64,000 nt of DNA from Pristiophorus japonicus (lineage: Eukaryota): positions 130,200,001 through 130,264,000 of the forward strand of contig NC_091980.1 of the NCBI RefSeq assembly GCF_044704955.1. The letters run 5' to 3'. The first letter of the stretch is position 1. Each line of letters begins with the position of its first letter. Of this stretch, positions 15,510 through 29,249 are shown piece by piece. A program made the translations under genes and the position numbers. A model generated the notes under the pieces. It had not been told where the DNA came from, searched no databases, and worked only from the letters and a program-made list of their open reading frames with translations.

Positions 15510-18016
15510 GACAGCATTGATTGCCTCTCCCTAATTGCCCTTGAAAAGGTGCTGGTCAGCCATATTCTTGAACTGCTGCAGCTTTGGTGGGAAGGTACTC
15601 CCAGTGCTTTTAGGCAGGGAGTTCCTGGATTTTACTGCAGTGACAAAAAAGGAACTGCGATATATTTCCAAGTCAGGTTGGTGTGTAACTTGGAGGTGAT
15701 AGTATTCCCTAACTTCTGCCCTTTTCCTTCTAATTGCTAGAGCTTGTGGGATGGCTTGTGCTGCTGAAAAAACCTTGGCAAGTTGCTGCAGTGCATCTTG
15801 TTGGTACACACTGCAGCCATGGTGTGCCATTGTTGGAAGCAGTGAATTTGGATGGGGTGCCAATCAAGTGGGCTGCTTTGTCCTAGATGGTGTCGAGCTT
15901 CTTGATTGTCTCGCTCAACCAGGTAATTGGAGAGTATTGCACCACACTCTTGACTTGTGCCTTGTTGATGCTGGAAAGACTTTAGGTTGTCAGGAGGTGA
16001 GACACTTACTCAAAATACCCAGCCTCTGGCCCGCTCTTCCTACCTGAATATTTATGCGTCCAGGCTAGATAAATTGAAGATTAGTGGTGACCCCCAGGGG
16101 CTGATGCTGGGGAATGCAGCAACAGTGAATGTTAAGGGAAGGTGGTTAGATTCTTGCTTGTTGCAGATAGTCGTTACCTGGCACTTGTGTGGTGCCATTG
16201 TTACTTGCCCATTATCAGCCCCACACTGAATGTCATCCAGTTATTACCTCATATGGGCATAGTCTGCTTCATTGTCTGATGTGTTCCATTTGCAACACAA
16301 CACTGGAATCATCAGTAAACATCCCCACTTCTGGCCTTTTATGATGGAGGGAAGGTCATTGATGAAGCAGCTTAAGATAGTTGGGCCAAGGACACTACCC
16401 TGAGGAATTCCTGCACTGATGTACTGGGGCTGAGATGATGGACCTCCAACAAGCACGACTATCTTTGTACTAGATATGACTCCAGCTCGTTGAGCGTTTC
16501 ATATATTTGTATTGACATCAATTTTACGAGGATACAAGATGCCGCACTCCGTCAGATGCTGCCTTGCTATCCAAGGCAGTCACTCTCTCCTCACCTGGAA
16601 TTCAGATCCTTTGTAGATATTTGGACCAAGGCTGCAATGAAGTCAGGAGCCGAGTCGTCCTGGCACAACCCAAACTGGGCATCGGTGAGCAGATTATTGT
16701 CGGCAAAATCTTCATCACTTTGCTGATAATTGAGGTAATTGGCTTGACTGGATTTGTCCTGCTTTTTCTGGACAGGATGTACCAGGGCAGTTTTTTTTAC
16801 ATTGTTGGGTAGATGCCACTTGTGTCTGTACTGGAAGAGCTTGGCTAGAGGCGTGTGCATGAATTTACAGATTGTGGTGCAATACAATTCTGCAACTGCT
16901 GACTGCCCACAATGTCTCATCGATGCCCAGTTTTGAGCTGGTAGATCTGTTTTGAATCTATTCCACTTAACACTGGTCGAGACACTCACCATGAAGAAAG
17001 GTGTCCTCAGTGTGAAGACAAGTCTTTGTCTCCAAACGGACTGTGTGGTAATCACTGCTACCAATGCTGTCATGGACAGATGAATCTGTGATAGTTGATT
17101 GGTGAGGACATGTTTAGTAAGTTTTACCCTTGTGTTCATTCTCTCTCCATTGACTCAAGCCCAATCCGTCAGCGATGTCCTTCAGGATTCAGCCAGCTTG
17201 GTCAGTGCTATCGAGCCCCTCCTTGGTGATGGACATTCAAGTCTATTGCTAATATCAGTGCTTCTTCCAAGTAGCCTTCATGGTGGAGTACTGACTCATC
17301 AGCTGAGGGAGGGCGGTAGTTGGTAATCGGCAGGAGGTTTCCATGCCCATGCTTGACCTGAACATATGGGACTTGATCGGGTCCAGAGTAACAGTTGAGG
17401 ACTCCTATTGCTATTCCCTCCTGACTGTGTACCACTGAACCGCCACCTCTGGTGGGACAGGACATACGCAGGGATGGTGATGGAGGAATTTGTGCCATTG
17501 GCTGAAAAGTATAATTCTTTGATTATGTCGGGCTGTTGCTTGCCTAATCTGTGGGATAGCTCTCCCCATTTTGGCAGAAGATACCAGATGTTAATGAGGA
17601 GAACTTTGCAGGGTCGACTGGGCTGGGTGTACCATTGTCATGTCAGAAACCAGTGCCGATGTCGATGCAGGGTGGTCTGTCCTGTTTTATTTTTTTTGTT
17701 TCTCGTAGTGGTTTGTTATAACTGAGTGGCTTGCTCGGCCTTTTCAGAGAGCAGTTAAGACTCAAGCACATTGCTTTGAGTTTGGAGTTGCATATAGGCC
17801 AGGTGAGGTAAAGACGGCAGATTTCCTTCCTGTAGGACATTAGTGAAGCAGATGGGTTTTTATGACAATCCGATACGCCCCTGGGCAACATTACTGATAC
17901 TAGCTTTTAATCCAGATTTTAATTTAATTAACTGAGTTTAAATTCTCCAGCTGTCGTGGTGGGACTTTGGATCATTAGTCTAGGCTCTGGATTACTCGTC
18001 CAGTAACCTAACCACT
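15510..18016 (-). mobile_element. Decayed CR1-group non-LTR element (APE endonuclease + RT) with a tRNA/SINE-like 5' head
   Basis: Minus strand: GIPQGSVLGPTILSCFINDLP (16244-16456); VQVKHGHGNLLPITNYRPPSADESVL (17208-17498); PLAKLFQY..PVQKKQDKS (16591-17139); noncoding head about 17700-18016. Confidence 0.8.
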
Positions 18017-18021
18017 GTTAA

Positions 18022-20809
18022 TGTTGTGTATGCATGCCTGTTTACTGTGTGATGTCTGTCACACTGTTATGCAACACTGAATGTGGTGCTGCTGCTGGAG
18101 ACCTAAGGGTTACCTGCACACTGCAAGTAAGCCAGTGTAAAAAGGAACACACAGCTTATTGTCTTCACTCAGGAGCTGCAAACAAAGGACTGCAGGTCTG
18201 CACAGTTTAAGTATCATACCCTGCCTCGTGGAGTCATTACTAAAGGTGCCTACATACACTACAACTGGCGACGGGAATACAAGGTCACAAAGTACATGCT
18301 CAACATGTCTAACCTCAGTAACTTTCAGCAATTTACAGATGGGTAAGATTGGGATGCTTTTGTGGAAAGATTGTATCACTTCTTTATAGCCAATGACCTG
18401 GACGGGGACACACCAGCTACACTACCGAAGAAATGCAGGGCCACCATCTACGGTCTCAAGGACTTACTCGCCCAGGAGAAGGCAACCACCAAGAGCTATG
18501 AGCAACTTGTAACAATCAAACCGAAAGAAAGCATCCTCACAGCCAGGCACTGGTTCTACACTTACCGGTGACCTGAGGGCCAAGAAATTGCCAAGTATGC
18601 TGCACACTTAAGAAGACTAGCTGCACCGTGTGATTTTGCCAACCACCTTAATGAAGCACTAAGGGACATATTTGTCATTGGAATTGGCCACGAAGGCCTC
18701 CTACACAAATTGCTCTCGGCTGACATCATGGTCACCCTGCAGAAAGCAATTCAAGTGAGCCAGGCCTACATGGTTTCGGTCAGCGACCCCAGGACTCTAA
18801 ACCAACGAGAGCAGTGCACCACATTGATACTTCTAAGGGCAGAAATGCTGCCCCGAGTCACGCAAACCTGAGTCTGCCACATGGGGCAAACCGCCTAGCC
18901 CGGTGCTGGCGCTGTGGAGGAAACCACAGGGCCCACCAGTGCCGCTGTAAAGACTCAATGCAAAGAGAAAAGGCACCTTCAAAATGTACAGAAAAAGCTT
19001 TACTTATCGCGTCTCATGTGTTGGCTGATCACCCCGGGGCTCCGACACATAGGAAGGTGAAGTTGCTTTTCCCCTGGAAGAAGAGTATGGAACGCATACC
19101 TGCTCCACTAAAAGTTCTCCGTGGCCGATGAAAGTAGACATCGACAGGGTTCCAGTTTCTATGGAGAGCGACACAGGTGAGCCAGTGTGCGATAAGCCAA
19201 GCGACCTTTGAAGAACGTGGGATGAATCCCATCAGTCGACCACAACGGCAGCCTGTCCAAGCAAAGCTGCTCCCAGGCTCCGGCAATCGACCTCTAACAT
19301 GGATCCATCGCAGTATCTGGAGGTTCCACGGTCCAGCTCGACTGCCCACAGCACCCTGGAGAAATCTCCGAGACTGAGGATCCAAACTCCACTTTCCTGG
19401 CCAGGGCAGCACTCCAAGAGGTGAACATCGACGAAAGAAATGGATTTCCAACATCAAGGATTGAACCTGTGGCAGAAAAGAGCACCACAGCCGACCTGCA
19501 GTAAGACTAGAAAAGGGCTGCAGCACTGCAAGCAGCAGAACCTGTAATCAAAATCAACTCCACCATGCCACGAGTGAACATGGAGGAGCATCACGTGACA
19601 CCGAGCGGCCAATCGGATTTGAAGACTCCCTTAAAGGAGACCCGTAACCAAATAAATATAAAGGGGAAGTTTCAACTATTTGAGTACACGGACTTTTAAA
19701 GCAAAGTGCGATTAAAGGGTGCAAATGAAAATGTATGCAATTTAACAATGAATTGTGATGCTGGTTTGACTAATGAGATGAATGCAGGTGTTAGTCACGT
19801 TAAGAACAAGTTTGTTACGCTTAACGATAAAGAATACAAAATGCCTAATGTAACCATGTCTGTTGAAACTAGGACACCCAAAAGTGATGCAAATGCTAGA
19901 ATGTATAATGTAGGCCTGAATGTGTGATCAGAGCCAATGTGTCATGTATACCGGTAGTACACTGGGTCCTATAGGGACCATGCTGATGTCAATAACAATG
20001 CCCTGGTGGAAGACCCCCCAGCTCTAGCAGGTTACCTGATCATGTAACCTGGAGTTCTGGAAAGAATGTGATGCCCCTTGCAGTATACACGCACACGCAC
20101 TTCAGGGTCAATGGGCAACCCAGCTACCACCAATGGCAACCTGCACCAGATTAACCCTACAACCCCTGGCCACCAAGGCCAACACCAGGAGCATGAGATC
20201 AATACCCTCCAGCTTCCCTGGCAAACCCTGGAATGACCTGACTCTCATATCAATTGATGGACAAGGAGCCCACCCAGTCTTGTGGCCCTGCCCACAACTA
20301 CCCACATGTGTTTATACACCACCCACTGCTGCCGTGACTACCCCCCCCCCCCCCCCCCACCGAGATCCCACAACAGTAACACCCACATGATCTGTGTGTG
20401 AGGGAGGGGAAACACTTGAGGCCAGCCTCCAGCACACGGGTCACACCTGGCAACCACATAACGCTCACTGCAACCTCCCATAGCCCACCAGTGCTCACCT
20501 TCCCTGGGCACGATAATAATGGTATGAAAAATGCTTAGGGAGGAAGTGTTGTGTCTGCATGCCTGTTTACTGTGTGATGTCTGTAACACTGTTATGCAAC
20601 ACTGAATGTACCCTTGCCTGTACACCAGAGGGTGCTGCTGATGGAGACCTAAGGGTTAAATGCACACTACAGGTAACCCAGTATAAAAAGGAACACGCAG
20701 CTTATTGTCTTCACTCAGCAGCTGCAAACAAAGGTCTGCAGGTCTGCACAGTTTAAGTATCATACCCTGCCTCGTGGCGTCATTACTAAAGATGCCTACA
20801 TACACTACA
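18022..20809 (+). mobile_element. Non-autonomous LTR element (about 2.8 kb): two LTRs, gag remnant, protease remnant, no RT or integrase
   Basis: LTRs 18022-18263 and 20547-20809 (TGTTGTGT...CACTACA); PBS TGGCGACGGG at 18266; PPT AGGGAGGAAG 20537-20546; TSD GTTAA/GTTAC; gag ERLYHFFIANDL, knuckle CWRCGGNHRAHQC. Absent from the paralogous site near 49490. Confidence 0.9.
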
Positions 20810-20825
20810 GTTACCGTACTCTGTG

Positions 20826-21029
20826 TGATGCTTTCACTATAAAGGATAAAACTGAGTACTATGAGCAAGTGTGACTTTAGCTTCTTTAATAAGACTCCAG
20901 AGTGTAGGTACCGTGGGGTGGCCTGCTTATATACTGTGCTCCCAAGGGATGCTGGGATCCCTTTGGACACCAACAGGTAGGCCTTTTGGTGGTGATTAAT
21001 ACAGGGTGCAAGGGGTTAAATACATAACA
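20826..21029 (-). mobile_element. Solo LTR
   Basis: TGATGC...ATAACA flanked by ctgtg/cttta; the paralogous empty site at 49501 reads ctttg. Confidence 0.7.
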
Positions 21030-21706
21030 CTTTACATCTCTCAATGGCACTTTTGGAGTATCGATGTCACCATAATTCATATGTTGAAGACGCACAATTC
21101 TACAATTCAGGCTGGGGTTGCATGCTGATGGGTTTGACGGCTTCATGTTTCAGATAAATCAAATTCTTCAGCTCACTCGATGTGAAAAACTTTACAGGTG
21201 CCCATGTTTTAAGAATTACATAGAATTTGCAGCATAGAAAAAAGCCATTCAGCCTGTCAAATTTCAGTGGTGAGTGGTCCTTCTCAAACGTAAAATGCAT
21301 CAAGGATGAGGTGAGGAACTGAATGGGACAAGATTGATTTAATAGTCTTTCAATTATGAGCATGGAGAGCAAAGTACTGAGAGGACTTGACTTCACACAC
21401 AGCCTCCTCCCAACTTTATTTAACACTATCAGCATATCCTTCCAATCCTTCCTTCCTCCCTCATGTGTTTATCCAGTATTCTTAAACACCGTCTATGCTT
21501 TTTGTCTCAACTATTCCTTTCGATAGCAAGTTAAACATTCGAAACACTCTCTGACTAAAGAAGTTTCTTTTGAAGTCTCTCTACGGTTATTAATTCTAAC
21601 TTTCTATATAATTCTATGGAGATCAGAACTGTGCGCAATACTCCAAGTGTTGTCTCGCCAAGGTTCTATATAAACTTAACATGCTGCACAGGGATGTGGT
21701 TCAGTT

Positions 21707-23200
21707 CACCTCAACCGTGTTCTCCCTGTGGCCAAGAAGCTCCTCCCGGAGTCACAGTGCGGATTTCGTCCCCTACGGGGAGCAACGGACATGATCTTTG
21801 CAGCACGCCAACTGCCGAAAAATGCAGGGAGCAGCGCCAGCCCTTACACATGGCATTTTTCGATCTTACAAAGGCTTTTGACACTGTCGACCGTGAGGGT
21901 TTATGTAGCGTCCTCCTCCGTTTTGGATGCCCCCAAAAGTTTGTCAACATCCTTCACCTGCTCCACGACGACATGCAGTCCGTGATCCTTACCAGGCGAT
22001 TTGTTACAGACCCATTCCTCGTCCAAAGCGGGGTCAAATAGGGCTGCGTCATCCCTCCAACCCTTTTCTCAATCTTCCTTGGTGCCACGCTCCACCTCGC
22101 TGTCAACAAGCTCTTCGCTGGAGTGGAACTAAACTACAGAACCAGTGGGAAGCAGTTTAACCTATGCCATCTCCAGACCAGGTCCTAGATTAACCAAACC
22201 TCTGTCAGTGAACTGCAGTATGCGGACGACGCCTGTGTGCACACATTCTGAGGCTGAACTCCAGGATATAATCGATGTATTCACCGAGGCATATGAAATC
22301 ATAGGTCTTATGCTTAACATCCATAAGGGAAAGGTCCTCCATCAGCCTGTCCTCGCCACACGGCACTGCCCCCCAGACATCAAGACTCACGGCGTGGCCC
22401 TCGACAACGTGGACCACTTCCCATACCTCGGGAGCCTGCTGTCAACAAAGGCAGACATTGCTGCGGAGATTCAACATCGCTTCCAGTGCACCAGTGCAGC
22501 TTTCGCCTGCCTGAGGAAAAGAGTGTTCGAAGACCAGGCGCTCAAACCTACCACCAAACTCACAGTCGACAGGGCTGTAGTAATACCCACCTTCCTGTAT
22601 GGATCAGAGGCATGGACGACTTACATCAAGTCGCTAGAGCTATATCACCAAAGATGTCTCCGCAAGATCCTGCAAATCACCTGGGAGGACAGACGCACCG
22701 ACGTCAGTGTCTTTGCCCAGGCTAACATCCCCAGCATTGAAGCACTAACCACACTCGATCAGCTTCGCTGGGCAGGCCACTTAGCCTACATGCCAGACAT
22801 GAGACTCATTAAGCAACTGCTCTATGCGGAACTACTTCTTGGCAAACGAGCCAAAGGTGGGCAGCGGAAGCGTTACAAGGACACCTTCAAAGTCTCCCTG
22901 ATGAAGTGCGACAGCACCACTGATGCTTGGGAGACCCTGGCCGAAGACAGCCCTATGTGGAGAAAGTGCATCCGGGAGGGCGTTGAGCTCTTCGAGTCTC
23001 AATGCTGCGAGCGTGAAGAGGTCAGGCAGCGGAAGGAGCATGTGGTAAATCAGTGCCACCCACCCCCTTCCCCTGACGAATATCTGTACCATCTGTGACA
23101 GGTTCTGTGGCTTTCATGTTGGACTGTTCAGCCACCAAAGTACTCACGAGAAGAGTGAAAGCAAGTCTTTCTCGATGATGAGGGACTGCCTATGATGATG
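21707..23200 (+). mobile_element. 5'-truncated RTE-clade LINE (RT and C-terminus)
   Basis: LPESQCGFRP, MAFFDLTKAFDTVDR, LQYADD, VDHFPYLGS, QLRWAGH, QRKRYKD; (GAT)n tail; GGTTCAG on both flanks (21698, 23201) as probable TSD. Confidence 0.88.
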
Positions 23201-23229
23201 GGTTCAGCTGCAGGTATTCCTCGCACTGA

Positions 23230-24030
23230 GCTCAGAACTGCGCTAATGGATAACATTCATCTGTGCCTTTTTATCTCTAGAATTGACTATTTCAATGCTC
23301 TCCTGCTGGCCTTACATGCTCCATAAACTTAAGCTTATCCAAAACTCTGCTGCCCATATCCTAACACACACCTAGTCCCACTCGCCCATAACCCCTGTGC
23401 TTGTGGACCATCATTGGCTCCCGGTCTGACAGCGCCTCAAATTCAAGTTTCTTATCCTTGTATTAAAATCCCACCATGGCTCCTCACTCACCTCTTTTTC
23501 CAGCACATGGATAACATCGGTGCTGTTTCCTGCTGTCAGAATAAACTGGAAAATTTAATTCTCTATGTTCCCAATTTCCACCCTTCACTCACCTTCACAT
23601 GGTCCATCTCTGTCACTTCACTTCCCTTCCTCGACTTCTCTGTCTCTATTTCTAGACATGAGTTATTTGCATGTTGTTTCAAACCCGCAGATACCTGCAA
23701 ATGACCAAACCACTGAACAATCCAGAACTATTAAAAAGACACTGACTCTTTCAAGGTGGCCATTAACTTGTCCAGGCAGAGCACGGTCGATGGGGTGTTC
23801 TCTCCATCTGTCTGCCTCTCTTCCACGGCTATATCCATGTCCGGGTGTCCCTGGAGAGGGAGCACGCGGTGTCCGCCGGTATGCTTGAGGCTTTCCGTGA
23901 CTGGTAGGCACCAAAGGGAAGTGGAGTGCAGCGCAGATACAGGGAAATAATGTAAAATTTTTAAAGTTTTTATGTTAGTTTTGTCATAATGTGGATCTGA
24001 AAGTTTATTCCCCCTTATAAAGGGGGCACT
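23230..24030 (+). mobile_element. Mosaic of short retroelement fragments: L2-like 3' part (about 23230-23480), Penelope-like RT (about 23490-23660), Tx1/L1-like 3' end (about 23750-24030)
   Basis: SRIDYFNALL...LKLIQNSAA motif; NFHPSLTFTWSISVTSLPFLDFSVSI; VSLEREHAVSAGMLEAFRDW with an AT-rich 3' UTR. Family assignment is from motif recognition only. Duplicate at about 51710-52550. Confidence 0.6.
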
Positions 24031-25669
24031 TGTGGTTTAAGTGTTTCCGATAGCTAATTTAATCATTCCAATTAATTAGCCCAAAGAATAGAGGATCCAA
24101 TTAAACCTGTGTCTCTGGATATTAGAACTGTGTTTGAGGAAAGTTAGGACAATTGAGATCCCCATTGAGATGTCAGCCAATGATACTCATTCTTCAAAGA
24201 TCTGACTGGCTCTGGAAGTCCAACTCCCCTCCTCCTTTTACTTGATTGGTGCTCTGAGAAGATGCAACTTCTGATTGGGTATTGACGACTGTCACTCATC
24301 AAGAGTGCCACATGCTGGATTATCCCTCAGGATAATACAGGAGTTTGAGTCTGGCTAAATGTTACTTTTGTACGCACTTAAGATGGCTTCTCAAGTGCGT
24401 CAGAACTACCATCAGGTCTGTGAGGATGCTGTCAACAAGCAGATCAACATGGAGCTCTATTTCTCCTATGTTTATCTCTCTATGGTGAGTTTTGTGTTTT
24501 TTGCCACTTCACAATGGAGACTATGTAATGTGAATTTATGAAATCCTGTGCTGTGCCCCCCACACCCACCCCCTTCAATCTATGCAGTGAATTCGCTTTT
24601 AAAGCTATAATATGATACAATTTATTTTCCAGTGTATTCATTAACAAACTCTCTCTGTTCCTTGCAGCAGTTGTATCATATTCTGATTATCTTGATTCTT
24701 TTTTCCTGGGATCTTGAGCTTGATGAAGTTTATTTGGAATAAATTCTACACTCAATGCAAGGAATTCAGAATTTGTATTCTCATTCTAAATCACTCCATG
24801 GACTTTCCTTACATTGCTGGTTCAATGGATGATGTCATAAAAATACAGCTGGGCCATTTAGGAGGGAAGTCAGGAAGTATTCTTTCCCACCAGTGTGGTG
24901 GAAATCTGAAACACTTTCTTTCCCAGCCATCCCTCACCTCCACAGGGGGAGGATGGGAAGAAAGTGTTACAAATGTTTCTGCTTCCCTCCTGTTCCTAGT
25001 GTTTCTAACCTCTTAATTTTAAATACCAGTTTGCATCCATCTGTCTTTCCTTTAACTTTTAGCATCAATAAAGCAAAGAAAGTTAATCATCAATTGTCTG
25101 TACTCAGTGGACTCTCCCTTAACCCCTGTGACCTTCACCAAGCATCTCAAATTCTGAGGGGTTCTCATAATTTTTATTCTGTGGTCTCTGGTTCTCCTGT
25201 ACAATGCTTTGATTTGTGTAGACTGTGCCAAATTAATGCTGCTTGTGGTAGTTTTATTTCCTTGGCATGAATGTAGCCAGTAAAACTCAGTTAGGTTTTC
25301 TTTCTTGTACGATATGAATTCGGCACTGTGACTTGATCTCTACTATACTTTAAGGGTGTTGCTTTGATTTCCAATACTGCCCATCAACTAGCTTGTACAA
25401 AATATATTTGGGTCAATAAACAATGATTATTGGAATGTGCTACTGGTGACCAGGGTATAAATCTTGTAACAATTCCTTCACTAATTTCCAGAGCTACAAT
25501 GAATATAGGGTGCCGAGATAAAGCTTCCAGTTTTGAGCATGTTCAATCAAAGCTGAATTGGTGATCGTGAAATGATGCAGCACAGGAGGCCATTCAGTCC
25601 ATTGTGCCTCGCTGAATGTTGGGTGGAGTGATACAACTCCGTGTTCCCATAGCCTGCAAGTTTTTGCAA

Positions 25670-27100
25670 ATCACTAAGAGGATGAAACTGGGGAGTTAGT
25701 AATGGAGAACATAGAGATGGCACAAAATATTTGTTCAGATTTTCTATCAGTCTTTACGATAGACATTAACAATATTCCAACAGTGGATAGTCAAGGGGCT
25801 ATAGGGGGGAGGAACTTAATGCAATCACAATCACCTAAGGAGGTAGTACTCAGTAAGATAATGGGACTAAAGGCAGATAAATGGACCTGATGGCTTGCAT
25901 CCGAGGGCCTTGAGAAGTAGCGGCAAGGATTGTGGATGCATTGGTTGTAATTAACCGAAATTCCCTGGAATCTGGGGAGGTCCCAGCAGATTGGAAAGCT
26001 GCAAATGTAATGCCCCCATTTAAAAGAAGGAGACAAACAAAAAGCAGGCAACTAAAGATTAGATTAGTTGGCCAAATGTGTGATTGGGAAAATGTTCGAG
26101 CCCATTATTAAACAAGCAGGACATTTGGAAAAGGAAAATTTGATCAGACAGAGTCGGCATGGATTTATGAAGGGGAAGTCGTGTTTGACAAATTTGCTGG
26201 AATTCTTTCAGGATGTAACAAACAGGGTGGATTAAGGTGAACCAGTGGATGTGGTATATTTGGACTTCCAGAAGGCAGTGGACAAGGTGCCACATAAAAG
26301 ATTACTGCACAAGATAAAAGTTCACGGGCTTTGGGGGTAATATATTAGCATGGATAGAGGATTGGCTAAAGAACCGAGTCGGGATAAATGATTCATTCTC
26401 TGGTTGGCAACTAGTAGAGTGCCGCAGGGATCAGTGCTGGGACCCCAACTATTTACAATCTATATTGCACTCAGTCCCTTCTTCCAAGTCGGTAATGCAG
26501 CCGAGTTTGCTGTTCCTCCCATCTTTGTATTGTCAGTAATGTGTGAGGAGGAGACACAGTTCTGCAAAAGGACATCGACAGGCTAAGTGAGTGGGCAAAA
26601 ATTTGAGTGGTGGAAAATGAGGTCATGCACTTTGGCAGAAAAAAAAAATCAAAGAGCAAAGTTTTATTTAAATGGAGCAAGAGTGCGAAGTGCCACAGTA
26701 CAGTGGTGGGGGGCGGGGCTCTACTCATTGGAATTCAGAAGAATGAGAGGTGATCTTATAATCTACCACGTTTCTATGAGGGGGGTGGACGGGGTGGATG
26801 CAGAGAGGGTCTTTCCACGAATGAGGGAGACTAGAACTTGAGGGCATTATCTTAGAATAAGGGACTGCCCATTTAAAACTGAGATGAGAAATTTCTTCTG
26901 AGGGTTGTCAATCTGTGGAATTCGCTGCCTCAGCTGTGGAAAGCTGAGACATTGAATAAATTGAAGACTCTAATACAGTTTCTTAAACGCTAAGGGGTTA
27001 TGGGGGAGCGGGCAGGGAAGTGGAGATGAGTCCATGATCTTGAATGGAGGAGCAGGCTCAAGGGGCCGTATGGCCGACTCCTGATCACAAGAACATGAGA
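25670..27100 (+). mobile_element. CR1-type LINE remnant in intron 1 of copy C
   Basis: HGFMKGKSCLTNLLEFF, VDVVYLDFQKA, VPQGSVLGPQLFTIYI, GLYSLEFRRMRGDLI; same insertion in copy F, absent in copy D. Confidence 0.85.
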
Positions 27101-27804
27101 AATAGGAAGTTTCCATTTGCCAGTTTCCCTATTGCTGGAGGTGAGATTATTCAATGTCTTTGCCAGGTTAGTTGAGTCGGTGCTAGTTTCCATAACTATG
27201 TACATCCAAGTTCAGTGAGACTGAGCCCTTGAAAGCAAGTATAATGAGTTTGGCTTCATGTACAGTGCCTATGATAATGGGTCTGCCATGCAATAATCAA
27301 CTACTCTTCTGATTCCTCCGCAGTCCTTCTAGTTTAACCGGGATGATGTTGCCCTGCGTCACTTAGCTGATTTCTTCAAGGAGCAGTCACATGAGGAACG
27401 TGAGCATGCTGAGAAACTGATGGAATTCCAGAATTGACGTGGAGGCCAAATCATCTTGGTAGACATCAAGGTTTAGCTCAATAAAAAAAGTGGCTTTCTG
27501 TCTGGCTCCCCTTAGACTGATTGTTCACACTACATTCGAAAGCAGTTAGTTCCAATTTACAGCACAGGAACCAGCCATTCAGACAAACTGATCTCTGCAA
27601 CATATCGTTATATTCCTTTTTTACTCATGTACTTATTTAGCTTCCTCTTAAATACATCTATGCCAATCACCTCCAATTTGATACCAGTGTTTGATGGCTT
27701 AATGCTGCAAATCAATATTCTAAAATTGGTTCATGGTAACCTAGACTACTGATTGCATTTTTTTTTCATCCCTAATTTCCTTCAATACTGTGCTGTTTAC
27801 TGGT

Positions 27805-28006
27805 TGTACTTTTACATATGTGCCACCAGAGGGCACTGCAGTCGGAGACTTGTCGCTTACCTGCACAGGTGTGCCAGGCCCAGTATAAAAGGCAGGCCAC
27901 GAGGTGTGATCCTCCCTCTGGAGTTACATTAAATGGACTAAAGTCACTACAGTTGAAGTACAATACATTGCCTCATGGAGTCACTACCAGAGCAGCTAAA
28001 GACACA
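27805..28006 (+). mobile_element. Solo LTR in intron 2 of type-1 ferritins
   Basis: TGT...ACA, gccaccagagggc, TATAAAAGG and ATTAAA motifs like the other short LTRs here. Also at about 56352-56532 and (3' part) 3714-3791; absent in copies B, D and E. Confidence 0.65.
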
Positions 28007-28443
28007 AAAAATACTTGTGTTTGTTTAATCCATTGTAAGTGAACAATAATTTCCTGTTCAGAAACCAGAGCAGGATGAGTGGAGCAATGGTCTGTAGGTG
28101 ATGCAGAGAGCTCTGCAGATGGAGCAGAATGTGAATCAGAGTCTGCTGGATCTGCACAAACTCTCCACTGGGAGCACTGACCCTCATGTAAGTTCCTCAT
28201 GCTTCAATGTGTGCTTTTGGGTAAGTTGCTGTCATTGAACTTAATTTAAAAAGATCACCATGCCCAACAGCTTTGTGTTGGATCTATTTTTCGGGGTCGA
28301 TATTGTAAATGTGTGAGATCCCAGCACCTTTTTTTGTACAGCAAGTTTTCTTATAAATGGTGCAGTAATTCCATCAATTTCAATTACACCACTTAACTAT
28401 CTTACAGTCCAAGAGGATTAAAATCCAAACTCGTAAGCGGTAA

Positions 28444-28656
<213 letters not shown>

Positions 28657-29249
28657 TGAAGCTTCTGATCAGTACTCGTGTTTATACAATGTGTGTGTGT
28701 GTGTGAGACTTTGTCCTACATAGAATGGTGGCTTTGTATAGCCTGGGACCTGGACTCTTGATGTGAAATATAATTTATTGTAAATAAACTGTCCAATATT
28801 GGACTGGCTTTTGTCTCCTTGCAAGTTTGACTGGCTGCTTATTTTCCATTTACCATAACTTGGTTGCAGCACAAGTATTGCACTCGGCTATGCAACAGCC
28901 ATACATTGGTTACAGCACATGAGGCCATTCAGCCCGTCGAGCCTGTGCCGGCTCTCCAAGAGCACCTCAGCTAGTTCTACTCCCTTGCATTTTCCCTGTA
29001 GCCCTGCAATTATTTTCCTTCAGGTACTTGTCCAATTCCATGATTGAAACTGCCTCCACCACCCTCTCGGGCAGCGCAATCCAGATACTAACCACTCACT
29101 GCATAAAAGTTTTTCCTCATGTCAGCTGTGGTTCTTCTGTCAATTGCCTTAAATTTGTGTCTGCTGTTCTTGTCCCTTCTGCCAGTGGGAACAGTCCTAT
29201 AATTTTTCTCTTTTTGCTGGGGTAATTTCAATATATTGACATTTATATT

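Noticed and set aside
20341-20358. Poly-C tract as a functional G-quadruplex
   Set aside because: Single homopolymer inside a decayed LTR element; no supporting context and length is unreliable.
22145-23098. 317-aa ORF as a domesticated gene
   Set aside because: It is the C-terminal part of a truncated RTE LINE, and the paralogue at 50636-51577 is frameshifted.
27435-27437. In-frame TGA in copy C as selenocysteine or programmed readthrough
   Set aside because: It aligns to an Arg CGN codon (CpG decay), and the same gene has two TAG stops and a decayed TATA.
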